This document shows, one piece after another, positions 39,772 to 50,557 of a stretch of 64,000 nucleotides of DNA. The translations under genes and the position numbers were made by a program. The notes under the pieces are model-generated. The model was not told the DNA's origin. It saw nothing but the letters and a program-made list of their open reading frames with translations, and did not search any database. The stretch is from Candidatus Krumholzibacteriota bacterium (GTDB lineage: Bacteria; Krumholzibacteriota; Krumholzibacteriia; JAJRXK01). The stretch is from positions 192,001 through 256,000 of the forward strand of contig CAVXTH010000009.1 of the NCBI GenBank assembly GCA_963764625.1. Reading direction: 5' to 3'. The stretch's first letter is position 1. Each line of letters starts with the position of its first letter.

Positions 39772-41364
39772 TCAGCGCGCCCCCGGGCCCAGGACCAGGG
39801 GGGCGAGCCACCAGCACATCAGGGTCACCACCACCAGCCCCAGGGCATCCAGAATGAGCCCCAGTCGGGCCATCTGACGAATACTGATCCATCCGCTGCC
39901 GAAGACGATGGCGTTGGGTGGGGTGGCGACCGGCAGCATGAAGGCGAGGGAGGAGGCCAGAGCCGCGGGCACCATCAAGAGGAGGGGAGGCGCGTCGATA
40001 CTGCGCGCGACCTCTGCCAGAATGGGCATGAGGAGGATGGCGGTGGCGGTATTGCTGGTCACTTCCGTGAGTGCCATGGCCAAGAGCGAGATCAGGGCGA
40101 TGATCAAGGGAAGGGGCAGACTCTGCAAGCCGTGGAGACCGCTGCCGAACCAGGTGGCCAGCCCGCTGTCCTGAAAGCCCTTTGCCAGGGCGAACCCGCC
40201 GCCGAAGAGGATGAGGATTCCCCAGGGCGAACGGGTTCGAATGCTCTCCCAGTCGAGCAGGGGAACCCGGCGGCCATCCTGGGGACGGTAGGCACGCAAC
40301 GCGGTGAGCAGGATCCCCACCCCGATGGCCACCGTGGTGTCCTGCAGGTAGTCGGAGTGTGGGAAGAGCTGCGACCAGCCCGGCAAAGTGAGCGTGCCCA
40401 GGGGCAGGGGTTTGCGGGTGATCCAGAGGATCGCGGCGAGGAGGAAGCAGGAGAGAACGAGTCTCTCTCCGCTCGCCATCGGTCCGAGCTTCTCCTGTTC
40501 CCTTCGCAGGACCTCTCGTCCCACATCTTGGGATTCTCCACTGACCAGATTCCGCTGCGGGCCGAAGCGCATGAGGACGAAGTACGCCATGGCGAGCATC
40601 GCGATCGAGATGGGGACCCCCAAGAGCATCCAGCTTCCGAACGAAATCTCCGGAAGCTCGGGGAAGAGGGTCTTCACCTGTCCGACGAGCACGATGTTGG
40701 GCGGCGTGCCTACCAGGGTGGCGAGGCCCCCGACGCCAGCTCCGTAGGCCAGCGCCAACATGAGGGCTCCGCCCAGTTTCTCTTCGAACGGAGCATCCGC
40801 GTCGCCGAGCCCGTGGGCACGGGCGCTCTCTGCCAGGGTGCGAACCACTGCCATCGCAATGGGAAGGAGCATGACGGTGGTGGCGGTGTTGGAGATCCAG
40901 GCCGAGAGGAAGGCCGAGGTCAAGAGAAAGCCCAGCACCAGACGCTGCGGCCGGGTGCCCACCCGCTGGACCAATCCCAACGCGATGCGCCGGTGCAGGT
41001 TCCAGCGTTCCATCGCGATCGCGATCATGAAGCCGCCCAGAAAGAGGAAGACCAGATGATCGCCGTAGTTCTGTGCCGTGGCTCGGCTCGAGAGGATTCC
41101 GAGCGCAGGGAAGAGCACCAGAGGCAGAAGCGCCGTCACCGCCAGGGGGAGGGCCTCGCTGATCCACCAGAACGCCATGAGGACCGCGACGGCCAGGGTG
41201 TGCCATCCCTTGGACCCAAGTCCGGACGGTGGCGGCAAGAGAAGGAAGACGACGAGCAGCAGGACGCCGGAAACGAGGAAGATGAGATGCCGGTCCACCG
41301 CGTGACTCCGGCCAGGACCGGAGCCTGAATTCGATGCCGCGGAATCCGAATGGGGGACGTTCAT
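39772..41364 (-). CDS. SLC13/DASS Na+:dicarboxylate/sulfate symporter
   Basis: EALPLAVT, ISNTAT, GTPPN, TSNTAT, FMLPVATPPNAI. Confidence 0.93.
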   Translation of the reverse strand: MNVPHSDSAASNSGSGPGRSHAVDRHLIFLVSGVLLLVVFLLLPPPSGLGSKGWHTLAVAVLMAFWWISEALPLAVTALLPLVLFPALGILSSRATAQNYGDHLVFLFLGGFMIAIAMERWNLHRRIALGLVQRVGTRPQRLVLGFLLTSAFLSAWISNTATTVMLLPIAMAVVRTLAESARAHGLGDADAPFEEKLGGALMLALAYGAGVGGLATLVGTPPNIVLVGQVKTLFPELPEISFGSWMLLGVPISIAMLAMAYFVLMRFGPQRNLVSGESQDVGREVLRREQEKLGPMASGERLVLSCFLLAAILWITRKPLPLGTLTLPGWSQLFPHSDYLQDTTVAIGVGILLTALRAYRPQDGRRVPLLDWESIRTRSPWGILILFGGGFALAKGFQDSGLATWFGSGLHGLQSLPLPLIIALISLLAMALTEVTSNTATAILLMPILAEVARSIDAPPLLLMVPAALASSLAFMLPVATPPNAIVFGSGWISIRQMARLGLILDALGLVVVTLMCWWLAPLVLGPGAR

Positions 41365-41649
41365 CGCGGGTCGAGGCTACGTCCACGCTTTTGGACGGTC
41401 AAGCGCGGCGCGAGATCCAGCCGCGAAGGAAAACCATGCACTCGGGGTCAGCATGGGGAGCCGCCGGGTCGAAGGGCGATCGTAAAGAAGCGATCGGGTA
41501 CGCAAAGAGATGAAACGATGGGCAACCACCCTCAAGAACGCTCCCGAAGGGGAAACCACACGGAATCGATCTCTGGTCCAAATCGTGCAAGCCTGGTAGA
41601 TTTTCCGCGCCACGAGGTGGTAAGACGTATGATCGCGGTGGAGGCGCCA

Positions 41650-42993
41650 ATGGCGACCCAGGGAGTGCGAGTGGAACGCGGCCCGTCGCGATCTGCGCGA
41701 GTGGGACTACTCACGCCCTCGGGTTGGGGCAACCTGGGCGATGCGGCCATCCAGGACGCGGTCATTCAGGCCATCCGCCGCCACCAACCCGACGCGGAGA
41801 TCTGCGTCTTTTCGCTCAATCCGGCCGACACTCGCATGCGACACGACATCGAGGCCGACCTGCTGTCGGGCTTCTCGGTGGTGCCCGGATACACCGTCGC
41901 GGTGGGCTGGAACGACGCGCCTCCGATGGAGTCGAACGGCGACTCTCCGGTTGCGCCAAAATCGGCACCGGCTGCGGCGAAACCGTCGCTGCCCCGCGCC
42001 ATGCTCGCGAGACTCGGTCCCGGCGTGGAGGAAGTCCTGCGCCGCGTGTACTACGACCAGGCCTATTTGCGGCGGATGCGGCGCAAGCTGAAGGACTTCG
42101 ACCTCGTCCTGGTTTCCGGAGGCGGGCAGGTGGACGCCGAATGGGGAGGCGCCTGGGGTCACCCGTGGACCCTGGCCAAGTGGTCTCTTCTGTGCCGCAG
42201 CGTTGGGATCCCGTTTCTCGTTCTCAGCGTGGGCGTTTGTACTCTAGACGATTTTTTCAGCCGGATCTTCGCGCGTATCGCGCTTCGCCAGGCCGACTTC
42301 GTCTGTTTTCGCGACCAGAACTCCCGCCGGCGCGCGCTCGAATTGCACCTGGTGGAGGACGCAACGGTGGAACCCGACCTGGCGTTCGCCTACGACGGCC
42401 TCGATCCGTCCCTCTGGAGTCGGGGGGAGAGCGCAGTGGTGGCGGTCGGGCCCATGGCCTGGTGCGACCCCAGCGTATGGCCACGGCGCGACGAAGTGGC
42501 CCACCTGCGATATATGGAGAATTTGAGCAGCTTCGTGGCAGGGCTCTTGCGAGAGGGAAATCGGGTGCTGCTGGTATCGAGCGACAACCCCGATATGCGG
42601 ACGGTCGAGTGGATTGCCAGGAAGATCGGAGCCGATCATCCGGAATTGCGCTCGGCTCTGGAAACGCCGCGGACCGGAACGGTTGATGAATTCTTGAAAG
42701 TAGTGAATCGTGCGGAGTCCATGGTCGCGAGCCGGCTCCATGGATTCCTTCTGGCGGCGGGGTTGGGGAAGCCAGTGCTTCCTCTGTCCTACGATCCCAA
42801 AGTCGATTCACTTGCTCGGGAGTTAGGTCTTTCCGCCTATCGCGAGGACATCGCCGACTTCGATCCCGCGGGCTTACGGGAGACCTTTCGTCGGCTTCAG
42901 GGCGACGGCGACCGCTGTCGGGACAACTTGAAACACACGGTCACCGCTTACCGGAATCGTCTGGAGCGGCTCTTCGCGGAGTCGTTGCGGTGA
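41650..42993 (+). CDS. Polysaccharide pyruvyl transferase family (WcaK-like)
   Basis: GNLGDAAI, SGGG, RDxxS, PDLAF, SRLHG, SYDPKV. Confidence 0.85.
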   Translation: MATQGVRVERGPSRSARVGLLTPSGWGNLGDAAIQDAVIQAIRRHQPDAEICVFSLNPADTRMRHDIEADLLSGFSVVPGYTVAVGWNDAPPMESNGDSPVAPKSAPAAAKPSLPRAMLARLGPGVEEVLRRVYYDQAYLRRMRRKLKDFDLVLVSGGGQVDAEWGGAWGHPWTLAKWSLLCRSVGIPFLVLSVGVCTLDDFFSRIFARIALRQADFVCFRDQNSRRRALELHLVEDATVEPDLAFAYDGLDPSLWSRGESAVVAVGPMAWCDPSVWPRRDEVAHLRYMENLSSFVAGLLREGNRVLLVSSDNPDMRTVEWIARKIGADHPELRSALETPRTGTVDEFLKVVNRAESMVASRLHGFLLAAGLGKPVLPLSYDPKVDSLARELGLSAYREDIADFDPAGLRETFRRLQGDGDRCRDNLKHTVTAYRNRLERLFAESLR

Positions 42994-43017
42994 GTTCACG
43001 ATCCGAAGGATGAATTG

Positions 43018-43803
43018 ATGCTCGAGCACCTGCGAGAACTCTTCCGCTATCGGGAACTCTTGCGCAGCCTCACCTGGCGCGAGATCCGGGTCAAATACAA
43101 GCAGTCGATCATGGGCGTGCTGTGGGCCGTTTTCATGCCCATGATCGTGGTCTCGGCCGGGATTCTGGTAAAGTACGCCGCGGCGAGACTCTCCAACACG
43201 CCCTTCAACGCGGCCGCCATCGCCTCCATATCGATTCGCGCGGTGCCCTGGGCATTCTTCGTCTCGTCTCTGCGCTTTGCCACCGGGAGTCTCATTTCGA
43301 ACACGAATCTCGTGACGCGTATCTACTTTCCCAAAGAGATTTTTCCTTTGGCCGCGGTGCTCTCCCAGCTGTTGGACTTCGCGGTGGCCTCCGGGGTTCT
43401 CCTGGTGCTTCTGACCGTGGTGCAAGTAGGGGTTTCGGTGCACCTCTTGTGGGTTCCCGTGCTCATGCTGCTCCTCATCATTCTCGTGGCGGGACTGGGC
43501 GTGTTTCTCTCGGCCTCGGCCCTGTTCTTCAGAGATGTGAAATACCTCGTCGAGGTCGTTCTGACCTTTGCCATCTTCTTCACGCCCGTGTTCTACGAGG
43601 TGAGCTTGTTCGGGAAGTGGTCCAAAGTGCTCCTCCTCAATCCAGTGGCGCCGATTCTGGAGGGAATGGACGCGGTGATCGTGAAGCATCAGGAGCCGCA
43701 GCTGCTGTGGATTCTCTACAGCACGGTGTTGGCCCTGGTCATCCTCACCGGAGGATATTCCTTCTTCAAGCGATCCGAGCCGGCATTCGCCGAGAACATC
43801 TAG
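43018..43803 (+). CDS. wzm: ABC-2 polysaccharide exporter permease
   Basis: REIRVKYKQS.MG.LW, RIYFP, FFRD, FFTPVFY, LNP. Confidence 0.92.
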   Translation: MLEHLRELFRYRELLRSLTWREIRVKYKQSIMGVLWAVFMPMIVVSAGILVKYAAARLSNTPFNAAAIASISIRAVPWAFFVSSLRFATGSLISNTNLVTRIYFPKEIFPLAAVLSQLLDFAVASGVLLVLLTVVQVGVSVHLLWVPVLMLLLIILVAGLGVFLSASALFFRDVKYLVEVVLTFAIFFTPVFYEVSLFGKWSKVLLLNPVAPILEGMDAVIVKHQEPQLLWILYSTVLALVILTGGYSFFKRSEPAFAENI

Positions 43804-43812
43804 GAGAATGCG

Positions 43813-45015
43813 ATGAGCGAGATTGCCCTGAAGTTGGATCACGTGAGCAAGAAATTCCGGCGCGGAGAAATCCATGACTCCCTCAGGGATCTCATTCCCG
43901 CATTGACCGGAAGCTTTCTCAAGGGAGGGACCGGACTGCAGAAGGAGGAGTTTTGGGCGCTCGACGACGTGTGCATGGAAGTGAAGAAGGGCGAAGCGTT
44001 CGGAATCATTGGTCCCAACGGCGCGGGGAAATCGACCATCCTGAAGCTTTTGAGCGGAATCCTGGTGCCCACTCAAGGATCTCTGATCGTCAATGGAACC
44101 CTCTCCGCCCTGATCGAGGTGGGCGCCGGATTCCATCCCGACCTCACTGGTCGCGAGAACATCTATCTCAACGGGTCCATCTTGGGGATGAAGAAGAAGG
44201 AGATCGAGGCCAAGTTCGACGAAATCGTGGAGTTCTCGGGACTCGCGGGATTCCTGGACACTCCGGTGAAGCGATACTCGTCGGGCATGTACGCTCGTCT
44301 GGGATTTTCCGTAGCGGCGCACGTCGACCCCGATGTCCTGGTGGTCGACGAAGTGCTGAGCGTGGGCGACCTGGTGTTCCAACGCAAGTGCCTGCAGCGC
44401 ATGAGCGAAGTCCTCAGCAGTGGAGTCACCGTGCTTTTCGTGTCGCACAGCCTGCGGGCGGTCGCCGAACTCTGCTCGAGAAGCATGTTGCTGGTCGGGG
44501 GAAAAGTTGCCGCGCTCGGTCCCTCCGACGGGGTCATTTCGGAGTATCTCGCGCAGGCGACGGGCGAGCGCCGCAAGAGCGATGGGCCGGTGGAAGTGCA
44601 CTCGGTGCGGATATCTTCACCCAACGGTGACGGGGTCCATTTCGTTTCGGGGGAAACCGTCGATGTGGAAGTCGAACTCCGCGCGCGCGAGTCCTGTCCG
44701 AGAGTGGCGGTCGTACTCGATTTGCTCGACGAGAGCCAATACAACCTCTTCAATACTTCCACCGAGAGAATGGGCCACGCGCCAGTCGATCTCGAACCAG
44801 GGGAAGTCTACCGCTGCACCTTCCGTCTGGATCTCCACCTCGCGCAAGGTACTTTCTATCTGGGAGCGCACGCTTACCGCTACGACGTGGAACACAACTA
44901 CGACAGTCTGGTGCCGGCGCTCACCTTCTACGTGAGCTCGGGGATCGAAGTGCGAGGGGCAGTCAACTGCAATCCTCGACTCGTGGAACAAAAACGAGAA
45001 ATAGGGAGCAGATAG
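43813..45015 (+). CDS. wzt: ABC polysaccharide exporter ATPase with C-terminal Wzt_C domain
   Basis: FWAL, GPNGAGKST, LTGREN, YSSGM, DEVLSVGD, C-terminal beta-rich extension. Confidence 0.94.
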   Translation: MSEIALKLDHVSKKFRRGEIHDSLRDLIPALTGSFLKGGTGLQKEEFWALDDVCMEVKKGEAFGIIGPNGAGKSTILKLLSGILVPTQGSLIVNGTLSALIEVGAGFHPDLTGRENIYLNGSILGMKKKEIEAKFDEIVEFSGLAGFLDTPVKRYSSGMYARLGFSVAAHVDPDVLVVDEVLSVGDLVFQRKCLQRMSEVLSSGVTVLFVSHSLRAVAELCSRSMLLVGGKVAALGPSDGVISEYLAQATGERRKSDGPVEVHSVRISSPNGDGVHFVSGETVDVEVELRARESCPRVAVVLDLLDESQYNLFNTSTERMGHAPVDLEPGEVYRCTFRLDLHLAQGTFYLGAHAYRYDVEHNYDSLVPALTFYVSSGIEVRGAVNCNPRLVEQKREIGSR

Positions 45016-45017
45016 GA

Positions 45018-46061
45018 ATGCGAATTCTGGTCACCGGTCACCGAGGGTACGTTGGTTCCGTTCTGGTTCCCCACCTTCAGAGCCTCGGTCACGAACTGAG
45101 CGGCATGGACATTGATCTCTACCGCAGGTGCAGCTACGGGAAGAATCCCATCGAGATTCCCGCAGTGGAAAAGGACATCCGCGATGCCGTCGCGGAGGAT
45201 TTCACGGGGGTGGAGGCCGTCGTTCATCTGGCCGCCCTCTCCAACGATCCCCTCGGCGATCTCAACCCACAGCTGACCTGGGCCATCAACCACGAAGGTG
45301 CGGCCCGAGTGGCGAGAGAGGCGCGCAAGGCCGGGGTCAAGCGCTTCGTCATGGCTTCCACTTGCAGCAATTACGGAGCGGGAGACGATCGACCGGTCAA
45401 AGAGGACGCTCCCCTGCATCCGCTGACTCCCTACTCGCAGTCGAAAGTGAAAGCCGAGCAAGAAATCACCCTGCTCGCAACCGAAGAGTTCACGCCGACC
45501 TTTCTCCGCTTCGCGACGGCTTACGGAGTCTCGCCTCGGCTGCGCTTCGACATCGTTCTGAACAACCTCTCGGCCTGGGCCTACACTACCGGCAAGGTGC
45601 ATCTCAAGAGCGACGGATCTCCGTGGCGCCCTCTCATCCATGTGGAGGACATGGCGCGCGCGTTCGGTGCGGTTCTCGCAGCGCCCTGCGATACGATTCG
45701 TGGAGAGGCCTTCAACGTGGCTCCTCCGGGGGAAAACTACCGGATCCGTCAGCTGGCGGAGATCGTCAAGGAAGCGCGCCCCGGGTGCGAATTGGAATTG
45801 GCGGAAGGGGCTTCCGCGGACGCTCGCAACTACCAGGTGGACGTGAGCAAGATTCAGGAGCGCATTCCGGCCTTCAAACCCGTGTGGAACGCGACCAAGG
45901 GAGCGCGACAGCTGCTCGACGCCTACACGAGCAATGGGCTCGAGCTCGAGGAATTCGAAGGTCCGACCTACAACCGCATCGATCACGTTCGAATGCTGCT
46001 TAGGGAGGGTTACCTGACCACCGACTTGCGCTGGACGGGGAAGTCCGGCCCGAGTGATTGA
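45018..46061 (+). CDS. NAD-dependent sugar epimerase/dehydratase (extended SDR)
   Basis: TGHRGYVG, HLAALSND, YSQSK, RPLIHVED. Confidence 0.9.
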   Translation: MRILVTGHRGYVGSVLVPHLQSLGHELSGMDIDLYRRCSYGKNPIEIPAVEKDIRDAVAEDFTGVEAVVHLAALSNDPLGDLNPQLTWAINHEGAARVAREARKAGVKRFVMASTCSNYGAGDDRPVKEDAPLHPLTPYSQSKVKAEQEITLLATEEFTPTFLRFATAYGVSPRLRFDIVLNNLSAWAYTTGKVHLKSDGSPWRPLIHVEDMARAFGAVLAAPCDTIRGEAFNVAPPGENYRIRQLAEIVKEARPGCELELAEGASADARNYQVDVSKIQERIPAFKPVWNATKGARQLLDAYTSNGLELEEFEGPTYNRIDHVRMLLREGYLTTDLRWTGKSGPSD

Positions 46062-46071
46062 GGAGAGAACC

Positions 46072-47325
46072 GTGAGCGAGAAGAATACGACCGCCCCGGC
46101 GTCCGTCTGTCGATCATGCGGCGAGCCGCTCGGCGAAATCTTCGTCGATTTGGGCATGTCTCCGCCCTGCGAGAGCTATCTCGCGGCGGATGAGATCCAT
46201 TCGATGGAACCGTTCTATCCACTCGTGGTGTACGTCTGCGACAAGTGCTGGTTGGTGCAGCTCGAGGAGGTCGTGGCCCCGGGCGACATCTTCCGCGACT
46301 ACGCCTATTTTTCGGCCTACTCCACTTCCTGGGTGGAGCACGCGCGGCGTTACACCGAGCAGATGATCGAGCGCCTCGGCTTGACCCGAGACAGTTTCGT
46401 GGTGGAAGTCGCCAGCAACGACGGCTATCTGCTCCAGCATTTCGTCCAGAAGGGCATTCCCTGCCTCGGAGTCGATCCCGCCGAGAACGTGGCGGTGGAG
46501 GCGGCGGAAAGGGGAGTGGAAACGCTCACCGAGTTCTTCGGCAGCGAGTTCGCGGAGGAATTGGTGAAGGACCGGGGGAAGGCCGATCTCATCGTGGGGA
46601 ACAACGTGTTGGCGCAGGTTCACGAAGTCAATGACTTCGTGGAGGGCATGCGGGTGCTCCTCGCCGAGGGAGGTACCATCACCCTGGAGTTTCCCCATCT
46701 TTTGCAGCTGATGGAGCAGAATCAGTACGACACGATCTACCACGAACATTATTCCTACTTCTCGCTTCTGGCGGTGGAGAGGATTTTCAGCGCCCACGGA
46801 TTGCGCACCTGCCACATCGAGGAACTGAGCACGCACGGGGGATCGCTGAGGGTCCACGCGTGCCACGAGGACGATCCCCGTCCAGAGGACAAGAGCGTGG
46901 CGGCGATCCGCGAGCAGGAAGCGAAGGCCGGACTGAACGGCCTGGTGGCCTATCGCGAATTCCAGGAGAGAGTGCACGCGCAGAAACGCGATCTCCTCGA
47001 GTTCCTCATCGAGGCCCGCCGCGCCGGCAAGCGAGTGGCGGGATACGGCGCGCCGGGCAAGGGCAATACCCTGCTCAACTACTGCGGGGTTCGCGGGGAC
47101 TTTCTCGAGTTCACCGTCGACCGAAACCCCCACAAGCAGGGAAAGTTCCTGCCGGGAACCCACATTCCGATTCTGCCTCCGGAAGCCATCGCGCAGCGAA
47201 AACCAGACTATCTGTTCATCCTTCCCTGGAACCTGAAGGACGAAATCATGGAGCAGAACGCATTCATCCGCGAGTGGGGCGGATCGTTCGTGGTTCCCAT
47301 TCCCAAGGTCGAGGTTATCCCATGA
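46072..47325 (+). CDS. NDP-hexose C-methyltransferase (Zn-binding, class I SAM)
   Basis: CRSC...CDKC zinc site, ASNDG, NNVLA, YHEH, HGGS, YGAPGKG. Confidence 0.9.
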   Translation: MSEKNTTAPASVCRSCGEPLGEIFVDLGMSPPCESYLAADEIHSMEPFYPLVVYVCDKCWLVQLEEVVAPGDIFRDYAYFSAYSTSWVEHARRYTEQMIERLGLTRDSFVVEVASNDGYLLQHFVQKGIPCLGVDPAENVAVEAAERGVETLTEFFGSEFAEELVKDRGKADLIVGNNVLAQVHEVNDFVEGMRVLLAEGGTITLEFPHLLQLMEQNQYDTIYHEHYSYFSLLAVERIFSAHGLRTCHIEELSTHGGSLRVHACHEDDPRPEDKSVAAIREQEAKAGLNGLVAYREFQERVHAQKRDLLEFLIEARRAGKRVAGYGAPGKGNTLLNYCGVRGDFLEFTVDRNPHKQGKFLPGTHIPILPPEAIAQRKPDYLFILPWNLKDEIMEQNAFIREWGGSFVVPIPKVEVIP

Positions 47326-47870
47326 CCTTCCATCCCACGGAAATCGAAGGCGCCTACACTATCGAAGTCGAGAAACTCGTGGATGAGCGGGGCTTCTTTG
47401 CGCGTTCGTTTTGCCGGGAGGAATTTCAAGAGCATGGCCTGGATCCCTTGATCGATCAGTGCAATATTTCGGGAAATCTGAAGCGTGGCACCTTCCGCGG
47501 TCTTCACGCCCAGCTCCCGCCTCACCAGGAAAACAAGCTGGTTCGTTGCGAGAAGGGAGCGCTCTACGATATCTGTCTCGACCTCAGGCCCGATTCGCCC
47601 AGCTACCTGCGGCATTTCGGCATCGAGCTGAGCGGGGAAAACCGCCGCATGCTCTACATCCCCAAGGGGTGTTACCACGGCTTCATCACCCTGGCCGATG
47701 ATACGGTGGTGTTCTATCAGCTCTCCCACGGGTACGCGCCAAAGCACGCGCGAGGGGTGAGATGGAACGATCCGGTGTTCAAAATCGAGCTTCCCATCGA
47801 AATCGAAGTGATCAACGAGCGGGACGCAAACTATCCCGACTACCAGCCGGTGGAAAAGGGCCGATCATGA
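47322..47870 (+). CDS. rfbC: NDP-4-keto-6-deoxyhexose 3,5-epimerase (RmlC-like)
   Basis: DERGFF, RGLH, KLVRC, DLRPDSPS, HGF, WNDP. Confidence 0.9.
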   Translation: MTFHPTEIEGAYTIEVEKLVDERGFFARSFCREEFQEHGLDPLIDQCNISGNLKRGTFRGLHAQLPPHQENKLVRCEKGALYDICLDLRPDSPSYLRHFGIELSGENRRMLYIPKGCYHGFITLADDTVVFYQLSHGYAPKHARGVRWNDPVFKIELPIEIEVINERDANYPDYQPVEKGRS

Positions 47871-49186
47871 ACGACGCGAGACTCATGCATTGGTCGCTCG
47901 TTCAGCGAGAGAGCGAAGGCCGAGCGATGCACGAGCTCGCGACGGAACTCTATCCCCTGGCCCGGTCCATCACCGGGGACGGTCTGCGCGCCACTCTGAA
48001 TCGACTGGGCGAAGGTCTGCCGTTTCATCTTCACGAGGTGAAGACCGGAACGCCGATTCTGGACTGGACGGTTCCCAAGGAGTGGAACTGTAGGGAGGCC
48101 TGGATCAAGGGACCTGATGGCGAGATCGTCGTCGACTACGCGCGGTCCAATCTGCATCTCATGGGATACAGCACGCCGCTGCACGAGCGCATGCCTTTGG
48201 AGCGGCTCCAGAAGCATCTGTATTCGCTACCCGAACAACCCGACTCTATTCCCTGGAAGACCTCCTACTACCAGGAGAATTGGGGGTTTTCCCTGCCGCA
48301 TCGTGAGCGGGAGAAGCTCGTCGAGGGAGAGTATGAGGTCTTCATCGATGCAAGCCTGAAGGAGGGGAGCCTCAGCTACGGGGAAATTGTCTTGCCGGGA
48401 CGCAGGGAAGAGGAAATCCTCATTTCTGCCCACGCCTGCCATCCCTCTCTCGCGAACGACAATCTCTCAGGGCTGGTGGTCACCCGGGCCCTGGCTTGGC
48501 ACCTGGCCGAACGGCCGCGGCGTTTCACCTATCGCTTTGTCTACGCGCCGGGAACCGTGGGGGCCATCGCCTGGATCGCGCGCAACCAGGAGTTGCTCGG
48601 ACTCATCCGGGGCGGGTTGATCGTGGCGGGAGTGGGTGACCAGGGCGGATTTACCTACAAGCGCAGTCGCGCCGGTAGCGCCGAATTGGATCGAATCGTG
48701 ACCAGGATCCTCCACGAATCCGGGGAGGATCACCAAATCGTCGACTTCAGCCCGGACGGCTACGACGAACGCCAGTACAACTCTCCCGGGGTTGGTCTGC
48801 CGGTGGGTCGTCTGTCGCGCACCCCCTGGGGAAGCTATCCCCAGTACCACACCTCTGGCGACGATCTTGCGTTTCTTTGCGGGGAGAGTCTGGCGGGTTC
48901 GCTCGAGGTTCTGTTGCGGGTTTGCGGCGAGCTGGAGGACAATACCTACTACCGGAACTTGCTACCGGTGGGAGAGCCTCAGTTGGGTCGAAGAGGCCTG
49001 TACACGGTTCTGGGCGGGCATCGGGGCAAGAGCGAGCGCGAGTCCGCCATGCTCTGGCTCTTGAATTTTTCCGATGGGGCTCATTCGTTGAGAGATCTCG
49101 AGGAGCTCTCGGGGCACAAGAGCAGCCTCTTGGCCGAGATGGCCAAAGTGCTCGAGGAACACGAGCTACTCCGTAGGGAGGATTGA
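47867..49186 (+). CDS. DUF4910 family (M28 peptidase-like) protein
   Basis: RSITGDG, DWTVP.EW, HACHPSLANDNLSG, DERQY, YHTS.D, C-terminal winged-helix-like region. Confidence 0.85.
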   Translation: MNDARLMHWSLVQRESEGRAMHELATELYPLARSITGDGLRATLNRLGEGLPFHLHEVKTGTPILDWTVPKEWNCREAWIKGPDGEIVVDYARSNLHLMGYSTPLHERMPLERLQKHLYSLPEQPDSIPWKTSYYQENWGFSLPHREREKLVEGEYEVFIDASLKEGSLSYGEIVLPGRREEEILISAHACHPSLANDNLSGLVVTRALAWHLAERPRRFTYRFVYAPGTVGAIAWIARNQELLGLIRGGLIVAGVGDQGGFTYKRSRAGSAELDRIVTRILHESGEDHQIVDFSPDGYDERQYNSPGVGLPVGRLSRTPWGSYPQYHTSGDDLAFLCGESLAGSLEVLLRVCGELEDNTYYRNLLPVGEPQLGRRGLYTVLGGHRGKSERESAMLWLLNFSDGAHSLRDLEELSGHKSSLLAEMAKVLEEHELLRRED

Positions 49187-49187
49187 C

Positions 49188-50504
49188 ATGAGCGGTGATC
49201 GTTACACACGTTCCCGAGACTTCAGCCAACGAGCGCACGGAGTCATCCCCGGAGGATGCCACACCTACGCCAAGGGCGACGACCAGTATCCCGAGCAGGC
49301 GCCGGGAATGATCGAGAAGGGCAGCGGCTGCCACGTGTGGGATGTCGACGGGAACGAATTCATCGAATACGGCATGGGTCTGAGGGCGGTCACCCTGGGT
49401 CACGCCTACCCGGAAGTGGTGGATGCGGTGCGCAAGCAGATCGAAAAGGGCACCAACTTCTCGCGTCCCTCTCGCCTCGAGGTGGAGTGCGCCGAATCGC
49501 TGCTCGACATTCTGCCCGGCGCGGAGATGGCGAAATTCTGTAAGGACGGCTCGACCACGACCGCGGCGGCCCTTCGCCTGGCGCGAGCACACACGGGTCG
49601 CGAGAAGATCGCATATTGCCAAGACCATCCCTTCTTTTCCTACGAAGATTGGTTCATGGGCACGACCGAATTGAATGCGGGCATTCCCCAGGCGATTTCA
49701 CGTCTCAGCCTGCCCTTTTCGTACAACGACGCTGAGAGCGTAGAGCGCCTCTTCGCGGAGAACGAGGGCCAGATCGCCGCGCTCATCATGGAGGCGGAAA
49801 GGGAGACGCCCCCGCGGGACGAGTTTCTCGCGCGCACCCAAGAGCTCTGCCGGAAGAACGGAACCCTATTCGTGCTCGACGAGATGATCACCGGATTCCG
49901 TTGGGATCTGCGCGGAGCCCAGAAGGTCTACGGCCTGCAGCCGGACCTCTCGTGCTTCGGCAAGGCGATGTCCAACGGCTTTGCTCTTTCGGCGCTGGTG
50001 GGAAAGCGTGAGGTCATGGAGCTGGGGGGCTACGGCCACGATCGGGACCGGGTCTTTCTGCTCTCCACCACGCACGGCGCGGAAACCCACGCCCTAGCGG
50101 CTGGCCTGGCGGTGATGAAGGTCTATCGCCGCGAAGACGTCGTTGGAACTCTTCATCGTCAGGGAGAGAGACTGCGACTTGGGGTCGAGGAAGTCGTGAA
50201 TCGAATGGGGATCGGCGATCATTTCGGAGTCGGAGGGCGCGACTGCAACCTCGTCTACATCACCAAGGACGAGAAGGGAAACCGCTCGCAGAAGTTCCGC
50301 ACTCTCTTCATGCAGGAGATCATCAAACGGGGGATCTTGGGTCCGTCCTTCGTCATCTCGTATTCGCACAGCGACGCCGACATCGATCGAACGGTCGAGG
50401 CGGTGGCCGGCGCGCTGGAAGTCTATGCCAAAGCCCTCACCGACGGGGTGGACCGATACCTGCAAGGCAGGCCGGTGAAGCCGGTGGATCGACGGCGTGG
50501 TTGA
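49188..50504 (+). CDS. Class III PLP aminotransferase (GSA-aminomutase-like, glycan-cluster type)
   Basis: WDVDGNEFI, LGHA, DEMITGFR, FGKAMSNG; lies inside sugar cluster, so probably not hemL. Confidence 0.85.
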   Translation: MSGDRYTRSRDFSQRAHGVIPGGCHTYAKGDDQYPEQAPGMIEKGSGCHVWDVDGNEFIEYGMGLRAVTLGHAYPEVVDAVRKQIEKGTNFSRPSRLEVECAESLLDILPGAEMAKFCKDGSTTTAAALRLARAHTGREKIAYCQDHPFFSYEDWFMGTTELNAGIPQAISRLSLPFSYNDAESVERLFAENEGQIAALIMEAERETPPRDEFLARTQELCRKNGTLFVLDEMITGFRWDLRGAQKVYGLQPDLSCFGKAMSNGFALSALVGKREVMELGGYGHDRDRVFLLSTTHGAETHALAAGLAVMKVYRREDVVGTLHRQGERLRLGVEEVVNRMGIGDHFGVGGRDCNLVYITKDEKGNRSQKFRTLFMQEIIKRGILGPSFVISYSHSDADIDRTVEAVAGALEVYAKALTDGVDRYLQGRPVKPVDRRRG

Positions 50505-50557
50505 GGTAGACGGATCGCACCGACGACCGAGCTCGAGCGAAGCAGAGGAATGAGATC

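Noticed and set aside
39484-41328. Long antisense ORFs (also 60520-62352, 42874-44601, 30506-32047)
   Set aside because: They lie opposite well-supported genes, lack motifs, and are expected from high-GC codon bias
41420-41530. c-di-GMP-I riboswitch upstream of the glycan cluster
   Set aside because: Two small hairpins and an ACGCAAAG are present, but the GGCAAAC/GNRA-receptor architecture is not
49188-50504. hemL (tetrapyrrole synthesis)
   Set aside because: Embedded in a sugar-nucleotide operon and lacks the HemL GGVNSPVR motif
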